DNA of 64,000 nucleotides from an uncultured bacterium (GTDB taxonomy: Bacteria > B130-G9), in contig CBDVDH010000010.1 in the NCBI GenBank assembly GCA_965372715.1, forward strand, positions 1 to 64,000. Reading direction: 5' to 3'. Within the stretch, counting starts at the first letter, position 1, and every line of letters starts with the position of its first letter. The notes under the pieces are model-generated. The model was not told the DNA's origin. It saw only the letters and a list, made by a program, of their open reading frames with translations, and made no database searches. The position numbers and the translations under genes were made by a program. Shown piece by piece: positions 1 to 9,946 of the stretch.

Positions 1-1
1 G

Positions 2-1282
2 GAGGATGGAGGGGAGGGGCTGGCCGCCCCGAATCCCCCATCTGAAGATGGGGGTTAATGGACGCGAGAAGAGCGCCGATAGCCTGGACAGCACGCGACC
101 GAAGACATTGGGCACAAATCGAATGTCAACGCCGGTTGGCAGCCGCCCCCTGCTGATTGAAAGCGACACTAGGAACCACTTGAGCATCTGAAGGTATCTG
201 CCAGCAAACATCGCCTGCCGCGACAGGGCATAAGCCGAGGCGCAGCGCTCTGCCCGATCGTCGGCGCCGGTAACAGGGCGCCCGGCCCTGGACACGCCAC
301 GCGCTATCGACCGGAGCTTCCGCCACGTCGCCCCATAGTCCGTTATGCCAGGTCCTGTCCCGAGCGGGTATCTCAGGTCAAGCTGCCTCAAAAGCGGCGC
401 CCAGTTGGCTGGTTGACGCAGCAGGCGGCGGTCATATCTCAACGCGTTCTGGATGGCTTCCTTCGCGGAATCGTCTTGCTCTAGACTGAGATGGTGTCCC
501 GCCTGCTTCATCCAGGTCCCCGCCAACCTCCGGATACGAACCTTGCGGCACGCACGAGGCCCCATCCTGGCGAAGTGCTTGCGAGCGGCCCAAATCGCAT
601 ACACGGAGTGCCTGGGCACGTTCTTTGACTTGCTCGAAGGCTTCACCTCGCGACGCGCCAGGACGCCGCTTACACGCCTGAAAACGCATCCTTCGGCCCA
701 GAGCTTCCACCAAAAATGCGTGTCCTCAACACTCCGCAACTCCTCGTCAAAGCCGCCAACCCTCCGCGCCTGGTCTGCCAGGACAAGCCCTGCAATCGGT
801 GGGAAGTCGGGCGGAAAGGGGCTGGTTTCGGGGTCGCGCTCGGGTCGCGCACGCGAGAAGTCCCTGAGCAGATTGCCGTCCGAAGGGTCTATGTCCAGCC
901 ATCCGCAATACGTAACAGCCACATCAGGGTAGTTCTCCATGAAAGCCGACTGCTTTTCAGCCTTTTCGGGCATGAATGTATCGTCTGAATCCAAGAAGCA
1001 CAAATACTTGCCTCGCGCGACTCTAATGCCCGCGTTTCGCGCGGCGCTGACGCCTTGATTCTCTTGTCTAATCAACGTGATCTTCCCTTTGTATCTGCGC
1101 AGGACTTCCAGCGTGCCGTCCGTGGAACCGTCATCGACGACGATCACCTCGACGTCAGGAAGCGTCTGAGCAAGAGCAGAGTCGATCGCCCTCGAAATGC
1201 TCGTCTCGTCGTTGTGAACAGGAATAATAACGCTCACAAGCGGAGAGCTGGGAGCAGCGCTATCTCTTTGGGCGTCAGTCAT
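2..1282 (-). CDS. GT2-family glycosyltransferase (3' end runs off the window; absent from ORF track)
   Basis: Manual translation from ATG 1282: MTDAQRDSAAPSSPLVSVIIPVHND...VIVVDDGSTDGT...YLCFLDSDD...VGGFDEELRSVED; open to position 2; paralogue of 1275..2570. Confidence 0.9.
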   Translation of the reverse strand, partial: MTDAQRDSAAPSSPLVSVIIPVHNDETSISRAIDSALAQTLPDVEVIVVDDGSTDGTLEVLRRYKGKITLIRQENQGVSAARNAGIRVARGKYLCFLDSDDTFMPEKAEKQSAFMENYPDVAVTYCGWLDIDPSDGNLLRDFSRARPERDPETSPFPPDFPPIAGLVLADQARRVGGFDEELRSVEDTHFWWKLWAEGCVFRRVSGVLARREVKPSSKSKNVPRHSVYAIWAARKHFARMGPRACRKVRIRRLAGTWMKQAGHHLSLEQDDSAKEAIQNALRYDRRLLRQPANWAPLLRQLDLRYPLGTGPGITDYGATWRKLRSIARGVSRAGRPVTGADDRAERCASAYALSRQAMFAGRYLQMLKWFLVSLSISRGRLPTGVDIRFVPNVFGRVLSRLSALFSRPLTPIFRWGIRGGQPLPSIL

Positions 1283-2570
1283 TATCCCTCTGCCCTCGGG
1301 CCTTTGTCCTACGCGAAAACCGACGCAAACCGAGCGCGACAATCGAGGCAAACCGATATCGGATACGACGCAGTCCCCTCCTGATGAGTGGCCAGTCAAC
1401 GCCCGCCGGAAGCTTACCCCTGCCAACCAAGAGGGCTTTGATCCCCCATCTCAACGTTTCCAGCAGGCTTCCCCTCAGATAGGCCTGTACTGACAAGGCG
1501 TAAGCCAAAGCCGACTTCACGGCCCGGCGGTCCCGTGGTGCAACACAGTCAGCGCCCTCACTCATGGCGCCGAGGGCCGCCTCCACGAGCTGCTGAAAGA
1601 GGGCGGGAAAGCGATTGACGTCCGTTATCTGGCCGTCCGGGGCCGACAGCTCCAGCTGTGTATAAAGTCGCGCCCAGTTAGCGGGCTCGCAGAGCATCCC
1701 TGGGTTATACCTGAAGCCCTGCCGAAACGCCTTCTGGACAAGCTCATCCTCGCCTCGAACGAAATGATACCCAGCCTGTCGAATCCACTCACCGGTAAGC
1801 TTCCAGACCCTGGTCTCGCGGTCCGCCCTGGCCCCCATTCTGGCGAAGTGCATCCTGAACGCGCAGATGGCGAACATCGAATGTCTAGGGACGTTCTTTG
1901 ACTTGCTTTCAGGCCTGACCCCTCGACAGGCTACGGCCCCCTTGGTCCGTTTGAAGGTGCAGCCCTCGGCCCAAAGACGCCGCCACAGATCGGAATCCTC
2001 AACGCATTTGAACCGCTCGTCGAAGCCGCCAACCCGCTCGAACCAATTCCGTCGAACCAGGGCCGCAAAGACAGGGAACGGGGGCGGGAAGACATCCGAG
2101 ACGAGGCGCCGGTCAGGCCGAGCCAGCGAGTAATCTCTGAGCACATTCCCACTCTGAAGATCGACCTCCAGCCAGCCGCCATAACACAGTCCGATATCGG
2201 GATGCTGATCAAGGAATCTGGCCTGAATCTCAGCCCTGTCGGGCAAGAAAGTGTCGTCAGAATCGAGAAAGCACAAGTAGCGACCGTGGCTCGCAGCGAC
2301 CCCCGCGTTCCGCACCACCGCCACGGTGCCGCAATTGTCTTGCCTGAGCGAGATTATCCGACCTTCAAATTGCCTGATAATATCAGGCGTCCCGTCGGTC
2401 GAGCCGTCATCGACAACGACAACCTCGACGGCGGCGAGTGTCTGCCCGAGGGCGCTTTCGATCGCCCTACCAACATATTTCTCGTCATTATACACAGGAA
2501 TGATAATGCTGACTTCAGGATTGCGGATTGCGGATTGCGGATTGCGGATTGCGGAGGGTGCCAAGTGCAT
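1275..2570 (-). CDS. GT2-family glycosyltransferase
   Basis: VSIIIPVYN, VVDDGSTD, FLDSDD, GGFDE..ED motifs; N-terminus encoded by a heptamer repeat. Confidence 0.92.
   Translation of the reverse strand: MHLAPSAIRNPQSAIRNPEVSIIIPVYNDEKYVGRAIESALGQTLAAVEVVVVDDGSTDGTPDIIRQFEGRIISLRQDNCGTVAVVRNAGVAASHGRYLCFLDSDDTFLPDRAEIQARFLDQHPDIGLCYGGWLEVDLQSGNVLRDYSLARPDRRLVSDVFPPPFPVFAALVRRNWFERVGGFDERFKCVEDSDLWRRLWAEGCTFKRTKGAVACRGVRPESKSKNVPRHSMFAICAFRMHFARMGARADRETRVWKLTGEWIRQAGYHFVRGEDELVQKAFRQGFRYNPGMLCEPANWARLYTQLELSAPDGQITDVNRFPALFQQLVEAALGAMSEGADCVAPRDRRAVKSALAYALSVQAYLRGSLLETLRWGIKALLVGRGKLPAGVDWPLIRRGLRRIRYRFASIVALGLRRFSRRTKARGQRDND
2518..2555. repeat. Tandem heptamer (GGATTGC)x5 plus GGA in the 5' end of the GT2 gene
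   Basis: Directly visible; encodes SAIRNPQSAIRNP on the minus strand. Confidence 0.95.
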
Positions 2571-2580
2571 GAGTCAATTC

Positions 2581-2610
2581 ATTCGTGCTAATTCGTGTTC
2601 ATTCGTGGTT
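2581..2610. repeat. Three 10-nt units ATTCGTG-NNN, intergenic
   Basis: attcgtgcta attcgtgttc attcgtggtt. Confidence 0.8.
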
Positions 2611-2639
2611 TGACTATCCTGCCGGCCTTGCCGACGCCG

Positions 2640-3866
2640 TCACTTCTTCAGCCCCCGTATCAGCCGTTGAAGGCTAACGGTCAACTTCGTCAGGAATGGC
2701 CCTATCACAATTTGGACCGCCTGGCGCGAGGGCGCGTCTTTCGGCAGTCTGCCTTTCGAGATCACGAGGAACTGCACGAAGAGCTTACGGGCCCTAAAGC
2801 CCTTGCCGTCCGCAAACGCGCGTCGATACATTGCGTGAGCAAGCGCCGCCTTCTCGGAAGACCTGCCCCTATCCGAAAGCTGCATTCTGGGCTTAGACTC
2901 GTCGTGCTCAAGTATCAACACAATCCTATCCCATATCTCTGACAGGCTGGGCGCCCAGTTGTGGTCCGGCAGCGGAAACGTAGGGTTGGCGTGGTAGATG
3001 ACCAAGTCCCAATTGTTATAGGTGGTGAGGAGCGACCGATCGTAGGAGAAGGCATTCCTGAGCGCTGCCGCAGCCTCAGGCGCGCTCTTCTGAGCGATGT
3101 GTCCGCAGGCAATCCGCAGCCACGTGAACCCTAGGTGTTCATCCCTGGCCCTTGCGGACATGCTCTCGCCCATGGCCTCGACGTGACGCTCGACCATCTT
3201 CAGGTGCAAGTGCCAATGCGTAACAGGGTCGCCAGACAAACTCCCAACGCGAATCCTGTAAGTTCCCACGAGGTCGTTATGGGACATGAAAACGCAGCCC
3301 GCGGCCCAGAGCTTGAACCTCAAATCGGTATCCTCAGACCGTCGTATGCCCTCGTCGTAGCCTCCGACCTTGTCAAGCCACTCGCGCCTGACCATAAAGG
3401 CCAGCGTCGGATAGTAAGGCGGGAATGGCGCTTTGCTTCTGTCCGATGCGCCATCCCTCGGGCGCGTCGTCTTGATCACACTGCCGTCCCGAGCATCGAC
3501 CCACCGACAAATACCGTAGCACAACCCAACCTCAGGATGTCTGTCGAGTATCTGGGACTGCTGCGCCGACTTCTCAGCAACGATGAAGTCGTCCGAGTCG
3601 ATGAAGGAGACGTATTCGCCGCGAGACATCTCGATACCTTTGTTCCTTGCGGCGCTTTGACCTTGATTACCCTGGGTTACGATAACGATTCTACCCTCGT
3701 ATCGCTTGAGCGCCTCTGCCGTCCCATCTGTCGAGCCATCATCGACGACGATCACCTCCAAAGGCGCCAACGTCTGTGAAAGCGCGCTCTCGATTGCGTC
3801 TGCTACGTAGGTCTCGTCGTTATAAACGGCAATAACGATGCTGACCTTTGGCCGACCTCTCCCCAT
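2640..3866 (-). CDS. GT2-family glycosyltransferase
   Basis: VSIVIAVYN, VVDDGSTD, FIDSDD, GGYDE..SED motifs. Confidence 0.92.
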   Translation of the reverse strand: MGRGRPKVSIVIAVYNDETYVADAIESALSQTLAPLEVIVVDDGSTDGTAEALKRYEGRIVIVTQGNQGQSAARNKGIEMSRGEYVSFIDSDDFIVAEKSAQQSQILDRHPEVGLCYGICRWVDARDGSVIKTTRPRDGASDRSKAPFPPYYPTLAFMVRREWLDKVGGYDEGIRRSEDTDLRFKLWAAGCVFMSHNDLVGTYRIRVGSLSGDPVTHWHLHLKMVERHVEAMGESMSARARDEHLGFTWLRIACGHIAQKSAPEAAAALRNAFSYDRSLLTTYNNWDLVIYHANPTFPLPDHNWAPSLSEIWDRIVLILEHDESKPRMQLSDRGRSSEKAALAHAMYRRAFADGKGFRARKLFVQFLVISKGRLPKDAPSRQAVQIVIGPFLTKLTVSLQRLIRGLKK

Positions 3867-3886
3867 GGTTTCCTGTTCTTTCTCAG

Positions 3887-4312
3887 CTATCTGGAATCAC
3901 CGAATTCATTTATGCGGCGCCCGTCGCCTCGCGCATTGAGAGCGTCTTCTAGCCTCTGTATGAACAGGTCCTCGAGCGATACGGAAAAAGCCTCGACGAA
4001 CGAATCGCCCAAAACCAATATCCTGAACTCACCCTCGGGCTTTTGATAAGGGCACTCCGGCCCCCTGAGGCCCTTGGAATTGATCTTCTCAAAGACCCTG
4101 TATTGCCCCCTCTTCTCAATCCAGCCCTCCTTGCCCGGAATCTTGCGCCAGCCAAGAACAGGGTCACATTCGCAGAGCAACTTGGGATTTACGCGCGCCC
4201 CAAATCCCTTAATGTAGTGCAGGGCAAACTCCGCCGCAAGCAGAGCAATGCCCAGGGGAAAAAAGAAAAGCAGCAGGTTCATCGCAATGAACTTGTGTCT
4301 TTCCGCGCTCAT
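3887..4312 (-). pseudogene. Truncated membrane-anchored SGNH/GDSL hydrolase (O-acetylation-type), N-terminal part only
   Basis: TM segment, DPVLGW, INSKGLRG, RILVLGDSF (block I), then a TAG before blocks II-V; the next gene starts 21 nt later. Confidence 0.65.
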
Positions 4313-4379
4313 CGTAACTGACCAGCTCCCTCTTCATTCTCAATACCGTGGAGCGGTTCCACACGAGTTAGACCACCCC

Positions 4380-4408
4380 AAAGTAGCGCCGTCAACAGTG
4401 TCAGTCAA
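4380..4408 (-). promoter_or_regulatory. Putative sigma70 promoter TTGACT-N17-TACTTT for the SGNH/GT2 unit
   Basis: Consensus match upstream of 4312. Confidence 0.5.
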
Positions 4409-4638
4409 GTTCAAAGCGCTCGCAGCTCATCTAAGCGCACGGCCCTCAACCTGCCCACCCTGATTCTCGTCCCAGCAAAGAGGAGCAGGTAGCACCATAT
4501 TGAGGTCAGAACGCACAGACTCAGGGGATTCTTTCAACGCTCGGTTCAGAACTCAACTCCTTATCTTATGACAGATCATCAGATAGAGGGTGGCGCTCAG
4601 TCCAGGCACTTGAAGCTCGCCTCGACTTGTCATAAGTT

Positions 4639-5520
4639 TTGGGAGGGTTAGGAAAGCAGCGCCGGGAGAACGGGAGGCGGATTCGGAGTGCGCTCATGCC
4701 CAGATCAAGGAATAGGAGTCGATTTCTGATGAGGAGTGTCCCGAAAACAACGCTGCAAACCGTTTTCGGCAAGAGGAGTTTCGAGAAAGCGAGAAGCAGC
4801 TATTATGGGATCAGAAGGTGGGTCAAGAAGCGTTACCGGGGAGTGAAAAGCAGGTATTACTGGGTTAGAAAGCACGGACTTCGCTACAATTCGGTTTATC
4901 CCTATACTTGTGTTCAGGGCGGGTTCCCCGAAGACCATGCCATTGCCCTATATGACGTCGCCAAAAGTCTGCCTAACGACGGTCCCGTTCTGGTCGAGAT
5001 AGGTTCCTGGTTGGGCAGATCGGCCGTAGTGCTCTCGCGCGCGATAAGGGACAAGAACGGCGCCACCCTCTTCTGCATAGACCCGTTCAACGCGGACAGT
5101 GACTCGGTGTCGTCGGCGAACCTGCGCCGGGCAAGCCAGAAAATCGGGCGGACGTTGATGGACCTGTTTACCGAGAACCTGAGGCGATTCGGCGCCTCCG
5201 AGCGCGTGAAGATACTCAGGGGCTACAGCAGCGAGTTCTCCGGAGACTGGGACAAGCCCATCGACCTTCTGTTCATCGACGGCAACCACGCTTACGAGCC
5301 TGTCAAGCGCGACTTCCTCGAGTGGTCTCCGTTCATCAAGCCGGGCGGTTACTTGATAATGCACGATGCCAGCTTCGATCCTCAATTCAGGTTCCCAGAC
5401 CCCATCAAGGTCGTTAAGGAGTTCATTATAGACAACAGCCAGTGGGTTGATCACAAACTGATTCGTCACATGTTCATCGCAAGGAAAGCGCCAGATCGCT
5501 CGCCGACGGTCCCTTTGTGA
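4639..5520 (+). CDS. Class I SAM-dependent methyltransferase (Methyltransf_24-like); start uncertain
   Basis: LVEIGSWLGRS, CIDPF, LFIDGNH.Y, IKPGGYLIMHD. Confidence 0.85.
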   Translation: MGGLGKQRRENGRRIRSALMPRSRNRSRFLMRSVPKTTLQTVFGKRSFEKARSSYYGIRRWVKKRYRGVKSRYYWVRKHGLRYNSVYPYTCVQGGFPEDHAIALYDVAKSLPNDGPVLVEIGSWLGRSAVVLSRAIRDKNGATLFCIDPFNADSDSVSSANLRRASQKIGRTLMDLFTENLRRFGASERVKILRGYSSEFSGDWDKPIDLLFIDGNHAYEPVKRDFLEWSPFIKPGGYLIMHDASFDPQFRFPDPIKVVKEFIIDNSQWVDHKLIRHMFIARKAPDRSPTVPL

Positions 5521-5557
5521 GATTGCTCGACTGAGGATAAAGACAACGAAAGAACGC

Positions 5558-6799
5558 ATGAAGTCAAGGCCAAAAGTGGCTTCAGTAGGCGGCATAGCAG
5601 GGACGTTCCCAGCGCGGAAGTTCGAGCCGCTGCTCAAGCTCGGTTTGGATATCACACTCTTTTTGTATCGGGAGTGCTCATTCCCTGCAGAACGGGCCAT
5701 CCTCGCCCGTTATCGCTCTCGAGTCAAATACCTCCCAAAGAGAAAGTCGGGATGGAAATCGAGAGTAAGACACAGGCTCCTCTTGCTGCAAAGGGCTCTT
5801 TTCTGCCCCGGACGCACCTTAAGATTGATCGCTGCCGCTTTACGTCGTCATGGTCTAACCGCTAAAGCAAGGGGGAGTGTATTCAGGCTTCTTCCATTTC
5901 TGGGACAGGGTTTTGACCTCGTGCATCTCGAGGACGGTTGGCTCGCTCAAGAGTTGCTTGACCTCATACTTTTTAAGCACATCCTCGGGGTCAAGATAGT
6001 CGTGAGCTTCAGGGGAGCTGATCTATTAGTCAATTCGTTGATCAACACAGAGACTTGCAGGACTATGCTAGAAGCCTCCGACGATTCCCATTTCGTGTCC
6101 GAGGCGCTACTGCGCCGCGCGAGGGAGCTCGGTCTGCCGCAAACTAAAGGCCGGGTAATTCCTCCTGGGATAGAGCCTCATCTGTTTGACCCCAGCTCCT
6201 CGCCTCGACCAGACCGGGCCTCGCCAGAGGATGGTCTCAGACTACTCAGTATTGGTCGATTGGACTGGGGAAAGGGCTATGAATACGGCTTGAAAGTCAT
6301 ATCGATCATTGCGGGGCGCGGAATGAAGGTGCGCTACGATATTGTGGGGGAAGGCAGACTATACGAAGCATTGCGTTATGCCGTGTGGCAAATGGGCCTG
6401 GAAGGCGTGGCGCATCTGCACGGTCGGCTGGGGAGAGACGAGTTCCTGCCACTCATGCGTCAGGCGCACATATTCATCCACCCGGCAGTTCGCGAGGGTT
6501 TTGGCAACGCTGTGCTGGAGGCCCAGTGCTTTGGACTCCCCGTGGTCTGCACAGACGCCGGGGGTCTGCCTGAGGCAGTCGAGGATGGTGTAACTGGCTT
6601 CGTCGTTCCTTCGCGCGATCCTGAAGCACTTGCGGACAGGGTCTGCGAGTTGGCCAAAGACGAAGAGCTGCGTGCCAGAATGGGTGAGCAGGGCAGAAAA
6701 CGTGTTCTGGCCAAGTTCACACTTGAGCAACAGGCTGCTCGTTTTCTAGAGTTCTATCTTGACGTAGCAGGCGGGCAGCAGCACGTCGAAGAGCAGTAG
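5558..6799 (+). CDS. GT4-family glycosyltransferase
   Basis: IGRL..GKG, EGFGNAVLEAQCFGLPVV..DAGGLPE.V.DG.TG. Confidence 0.92.
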   Translation: MKSRPKVASVGGIAGTFPARKFEPLLKLGLDITLFLYRECSFPAERAILARYRSRVKYLPKRKSGWKSRVRHRLLLLQRALFCPGRTLRLIAAALRRHGLTAKARGSVFRLLPFLGQGFDLVHLEDGWLAQELLDLILFKHILGVKIVVSFRGADLLVNSLINTETCRTMLEASDDSHFVSEALLRRARELGLPQTKGRVIPPGIEPHLFDPSSSPRPDRASPEDGLRLLSIGRLDWGKGYEYGLKVISIIAGRGMKVRYDIVGEGRLYEALRYAVWQMGLEGVAHLHGRLGRDEFLPLMRQAHIFIHPAVREGFGNAVLEAQCFGLPVVCTDAGGLPEAVEDGVTGFVVPSRDPEALADRVCELAKDEELRARMGEQGRKRVLAKFTLEQQAARFLEFYLDVAGGQQHVEEQ

Positions 6800-6890
6800 C
6801 CCTGTTGACAGAAGAGGAAGTGATGTTGGAGAGGATCGCGCCTGCCTCAAATCCGTCAACGATTCAGGACCGAATACGTCAGCGTGTCAT

Positions 6891-7016
6891 GTGGAGATAG
6901 ACGCTGAGCCAATGTGGGTGCGCGTTATCCACGAAAGGAACCTGCTAAGCCAATTCGTCGGCGAGGAGATACCACTGAGCAAGCTTTCCGCGGGCGATTT
7001 CGGCTTCTCCCCTTGA
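6891..7016 (+). pseudogene. Orphan 41-codon C-terminal fragment paralogous to the end of 9947..10792
   Basis: VEIDAEPMWVRVIHERNLLSQFVGEEIPLSKLSAGDFGFSP* vs EIASKPMWVRVIHDENLRNEFEGEEVPIDRLTAADFGFSP*. Confidence 0.8.
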
Positions 7017-7124
7017 TTGCCGCGCACTCACATAAGGGATTATCCCTGGGCCCATGAAACAGTCTCTTGATGATTAGGTAGCAGGCACAAACAAGGCGCA
7101 GGCAAAAAACAGGAAACTACAACA

Positions 7125-8222
7125 GTGAAGCTATCGCAAAGACTCAGGAATTACTGGATGCTGGGCAACCCGTTCAGAACGCGCATCGGCTACGTTGGCT
7201 GGACCGGTCATAAGAACCTGGGCGACGAGATGCTCTACCAGGCGTATCAGCGGCTGTTTCCTGATTATCACGTTCTGCCATTTATCAGCCTTCGCTCAAG
7301 CAGGAGAGACACCTACAGGAAGATCACAGGACGAGACATCTTTGCGGCGGGATGCCTCGGAGGAGGAACGCTGATAAACAGGAGCAAGAAAAGGCTCGCG
7401 ATGTTCTCGGAGTTGCTTGACGAGTGTCCCGTGTGTTTCTGCCTGGGCACCGGCGTTGCAAATGCTGGGTTCTGGGAGGGCCGAGGCGACTGGCAAGATC
7501 AGCTCTCAGCGTGGGTTGACCGCCTCAAACAGTGCCAGTTCGTGGGGGTTCGGGGTCCTCTTGGCGCAGCGGTTCTCAAGCAGGCCGGACTTGAAGATGT
7601 GGAGGTTGTGGGCGACTCGGCCCTCATATTCGCAGAAGAGTCATACGCCACTTGCGAAGAGAACGTGCTCGGGGTGAATGTGGGCACGGCGCTGGGCAAT
7701 GTCTGGGGCACAGAGGATGGGATGGTCGAAAGGATCGCACTCGCCTGCAAGGCGCTTCGGTCAAAAGGCTGGAAGATTCTGTTTCTGTGCGTTTGGCCAG
7801 ATGATATGGACAGCACCCGCGCGCTGGCCAAGCAGATCGGAATAGCAGACCCTCAGATTCATCTCATCACAAGCGACGTTAAACGGGCGCTCGATGTATG
7901 TCGGCGTTGCACAACGTTCATCGGAATGAAGCTTCACTCGGTCGTGGCCGCCATCTGCGCGGGTGTGCCCTCAATTATGATTGAATACCGACCCAAGTGC
8001 CGGGACTTCATGGCCTCGATGGGCCTAGAGGAATACGTCGTTCGTTCAGACAGTATTGAAGTGGACCACTTGGTCAGCCTGTCCGAGAGCCTCGCCTCAA
8101 ATCGACCCGCAATTCAGGACAAGATGCGCAAGCGAACTGCCGAGCTCAAGCAACGTCTGACGGATGCTGCCAGCAAGATTAAGCGGACTATTAAAGACCG
8201 GGCCAAACGAGTAGACCAATAG
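7125..8222 (+). CDS. Polysaccharide pyruvyl transferase family protein
   Basis: G..NLGDE, LGGGT, VGVRGP, VGDSAL, GMKLHS. Confidence 0.85.
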   Translation: MKLSQRLRNYWMLGNPFRTRIGYVGWTGHKNLGDEMLYQAYQRLFPDYHVLPFISLRSSRRDTYRKITGRDIFAAGCLGGGTLINRSKKRLAMFSELLDECPVCFCLGTGVANAGFWEGRGDWQDQLSAWVDRLKQCQFVGVRGPLGAAVLKQAGLEDVEVVGDSALIFAEESYATCEENVLGVNVGTALGNVWGTEDGMVERIALACKALRSKGWKILFLCVWPDDMDSTRALAKQIGIADPQIHLITSDVKRALDVCRRCTTFIGMKLHSVVAAICAGVPSIMIEYRPKCRDFMASMGLEEYVVRSDSIEVDHLVSLSESLASNRPAIQDKMRKRTAELKQRLTDAASKIKRTIKDRAKRVDQ

Positions 8223-8526
8223 CAGCGACGGATCCTTCCAGTGCAAGTGAAGCCGGACTGGCTAACATTGCTGGGGATGTGCCGCCCTCTCTTTGCTTCT
8301 GAGCTTCTTTGGGCGGTTCCTTGCAGAGCGATTCTTCCGCGGGAGCTTGATCCCATTGTCCCAATCGTGGCATCGTTTATGGGTGATAGTCAGCCGTTTT
8401 AATTGGAGAATCACGGCTCCGGGACAGGGTTCTGGTAACTATGGATGCTTAACGGAGGTGCAGTGGGGATCAGCTGTCACATTTGACAATAATCAATGAG
8501 GCCAGAGCATTAACAGAGGTGGCAAC

Positions 8527-9753
8527 ATGCCCAATCTAGGCAAAGCCCTAAAGAGATTGGTGAGGCGAGTCATGCGTGTTCGCCGCACCCGACGTAAGCG
8601 CAAGATAATCCCTAACGAGATCGAGGGGCTGGGCGGATGCGTGCGCTTGGGGACAGACACCAGGATCAAAATACTGAATGACCTGATCAAATCCCACGGG
8701 TACGAAAGATACTTGGAGATCGGAACTCGGACGGGGGCCACGATCGCGAAGCTAGACTGCCCAGTCAAACATGGGGTGGACCCGGCGTATGAATGTAGTT
8801 TCCAGATGACTTCCGACGAGTTCTTCGAGCAATTGCCCGCAGACAAGCATTACGATCTCGTCTTCATAGACGGCCTGCATCTGGAGGAGCAGGTCGATGA
8901 GGACTTCAAGAATGCCCTGGCGCATCTCTCAGAGGGGGGAACTATCGCAATGCACGACTGCAATCCCAAGAGTGAGGAGCTCCAGCGGTCCTACGACGAC
9001 ATTTCTCTCAGAAAGGGGGGACCCTGGAACGGCACCGTGTGGAGGTCTTTCGCCAAGCTGAGGATGACCCGCAAAGACCTAACTACGTTCGTCCTCGATA
9101 CTGACCACGGGCTCGGCATCATACAGCGGGGCGAGCAGAACCTGTTCAACATGCCGCCCGGACGGCAGCTGGATTACAGCCTGCTCGATGATTACCGAAA
9201 GGACCTTCTGAACTTGCTCTACTCCGTCCGGGTTTGCACGCTGAGTGAGGCAGGCGAAATTGCTAGGAACCGGGAGCGATTCTGGCTGTCAAACTGTGAG
9301 TGCCGGCAGGTCCGTCCCCGAGAGTCTCCTTTGCTCACCGGTCCCTGCCTTACTTTCGGGGAAAGTTCTCCTTCTGCTGGCTCTAGCGTGATGGAGGTAT
9401 CCAGGTCTGAGGTGGAACAGGTACTTCGTAAGGCAGAGGCCAAACATCTGGTCCCGATGGTGTTCAGAGATGATAAGGACCTCCGTCAAGCTGGTGGTAT
9501 CTGCTTTTGCAGCGATGATTTCTGCCGGTGTTTGCTGAGATCAGACAAGAGCAAATACGCCAAGGGCGCTTTCGTTGAGACGACTGAGTGTGATAGCTGC
9601 GCCAGTTGTGGGAAGTGCGAGCTCGTTTGCTGCTTCAGTGCTAGGAAAGTAGTCAAGGGTCAACTGATTGTGCATCCAGATGCATGTTACGGTTGCGGCC
9701 TTTGTGCTGATGTGTGTCCCCAGGATTGCATCCAAATGGTTCAGAGAACTTGA
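8527..9753 (+). CDS. Methyltransf_24-like SAM methyltransferase fused to a C-terminal Cys-rich 2x[4Fe-4S] ferredoxin-type domain
   Basis: YLEIG, GVDP, VFIDGLH, MHDCNP, WNGTVW; then C.CR, ICFC, CxxCxxCxxxCC and CxxCxxCxxxCP. Confidence 0.8.
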   Translation: MPNLGKALKRLVRRVMRVRRTRRKRKIIPNEIEGLGGCVRLGTDTRIKILNDLIKSHGYERYLEIGTRTGATIAKLDCPVKHGVDPAYECSFQMTSDEFFEQLPADKHYDLVFIDGLHLEEQVDEDFKNALAHLSEGGTIAMHDCNPKSEELQRSYDDISLRKGGPWNGTVWRSFAKLRMTRKDLTTFVLDTDHGLGIIQRGEQNLFNMPPGRQLDYSLLDDYRKDLLNLLYSVRVCTLSEAGEIARNRERFWLSNCECRQVRPRESPLLTGPCLTFGESSPSAGSSVMEVSRSEVEQVLRKAEAKHLVPMVFRDDKDLRQAGGICFCSDDFCRCLLRSDKSKYAKGAFVETTECDSCASCGKCELVCCFSARKVVKGQLIVHPDACYGCGLCADVCPQDCIQMVQRT

Positions 9754-9946
9754 GCCATATCCGCCGGCCGCAGGGGATCAAGCTCCACCTCGGATGCGGC
9801 TTCGGGTCGGTCGAGCGACACCTGACGAAGGATTATCATGGGCCTGATGGCATTAGAGCGGAATGCCACAAGCTATGATGATTCTGATACCTCGACATGA
9901 TGGAGGCGATTGACCTGAATCCCTTCCTCGTCCTGACTGATAGGTC

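Noticed and set aside
2518-2610. Short repeats as a possible CRISPR array
   Set aside because: The units are 7-10 nt with no spacers, and there are no cas genes in the window.
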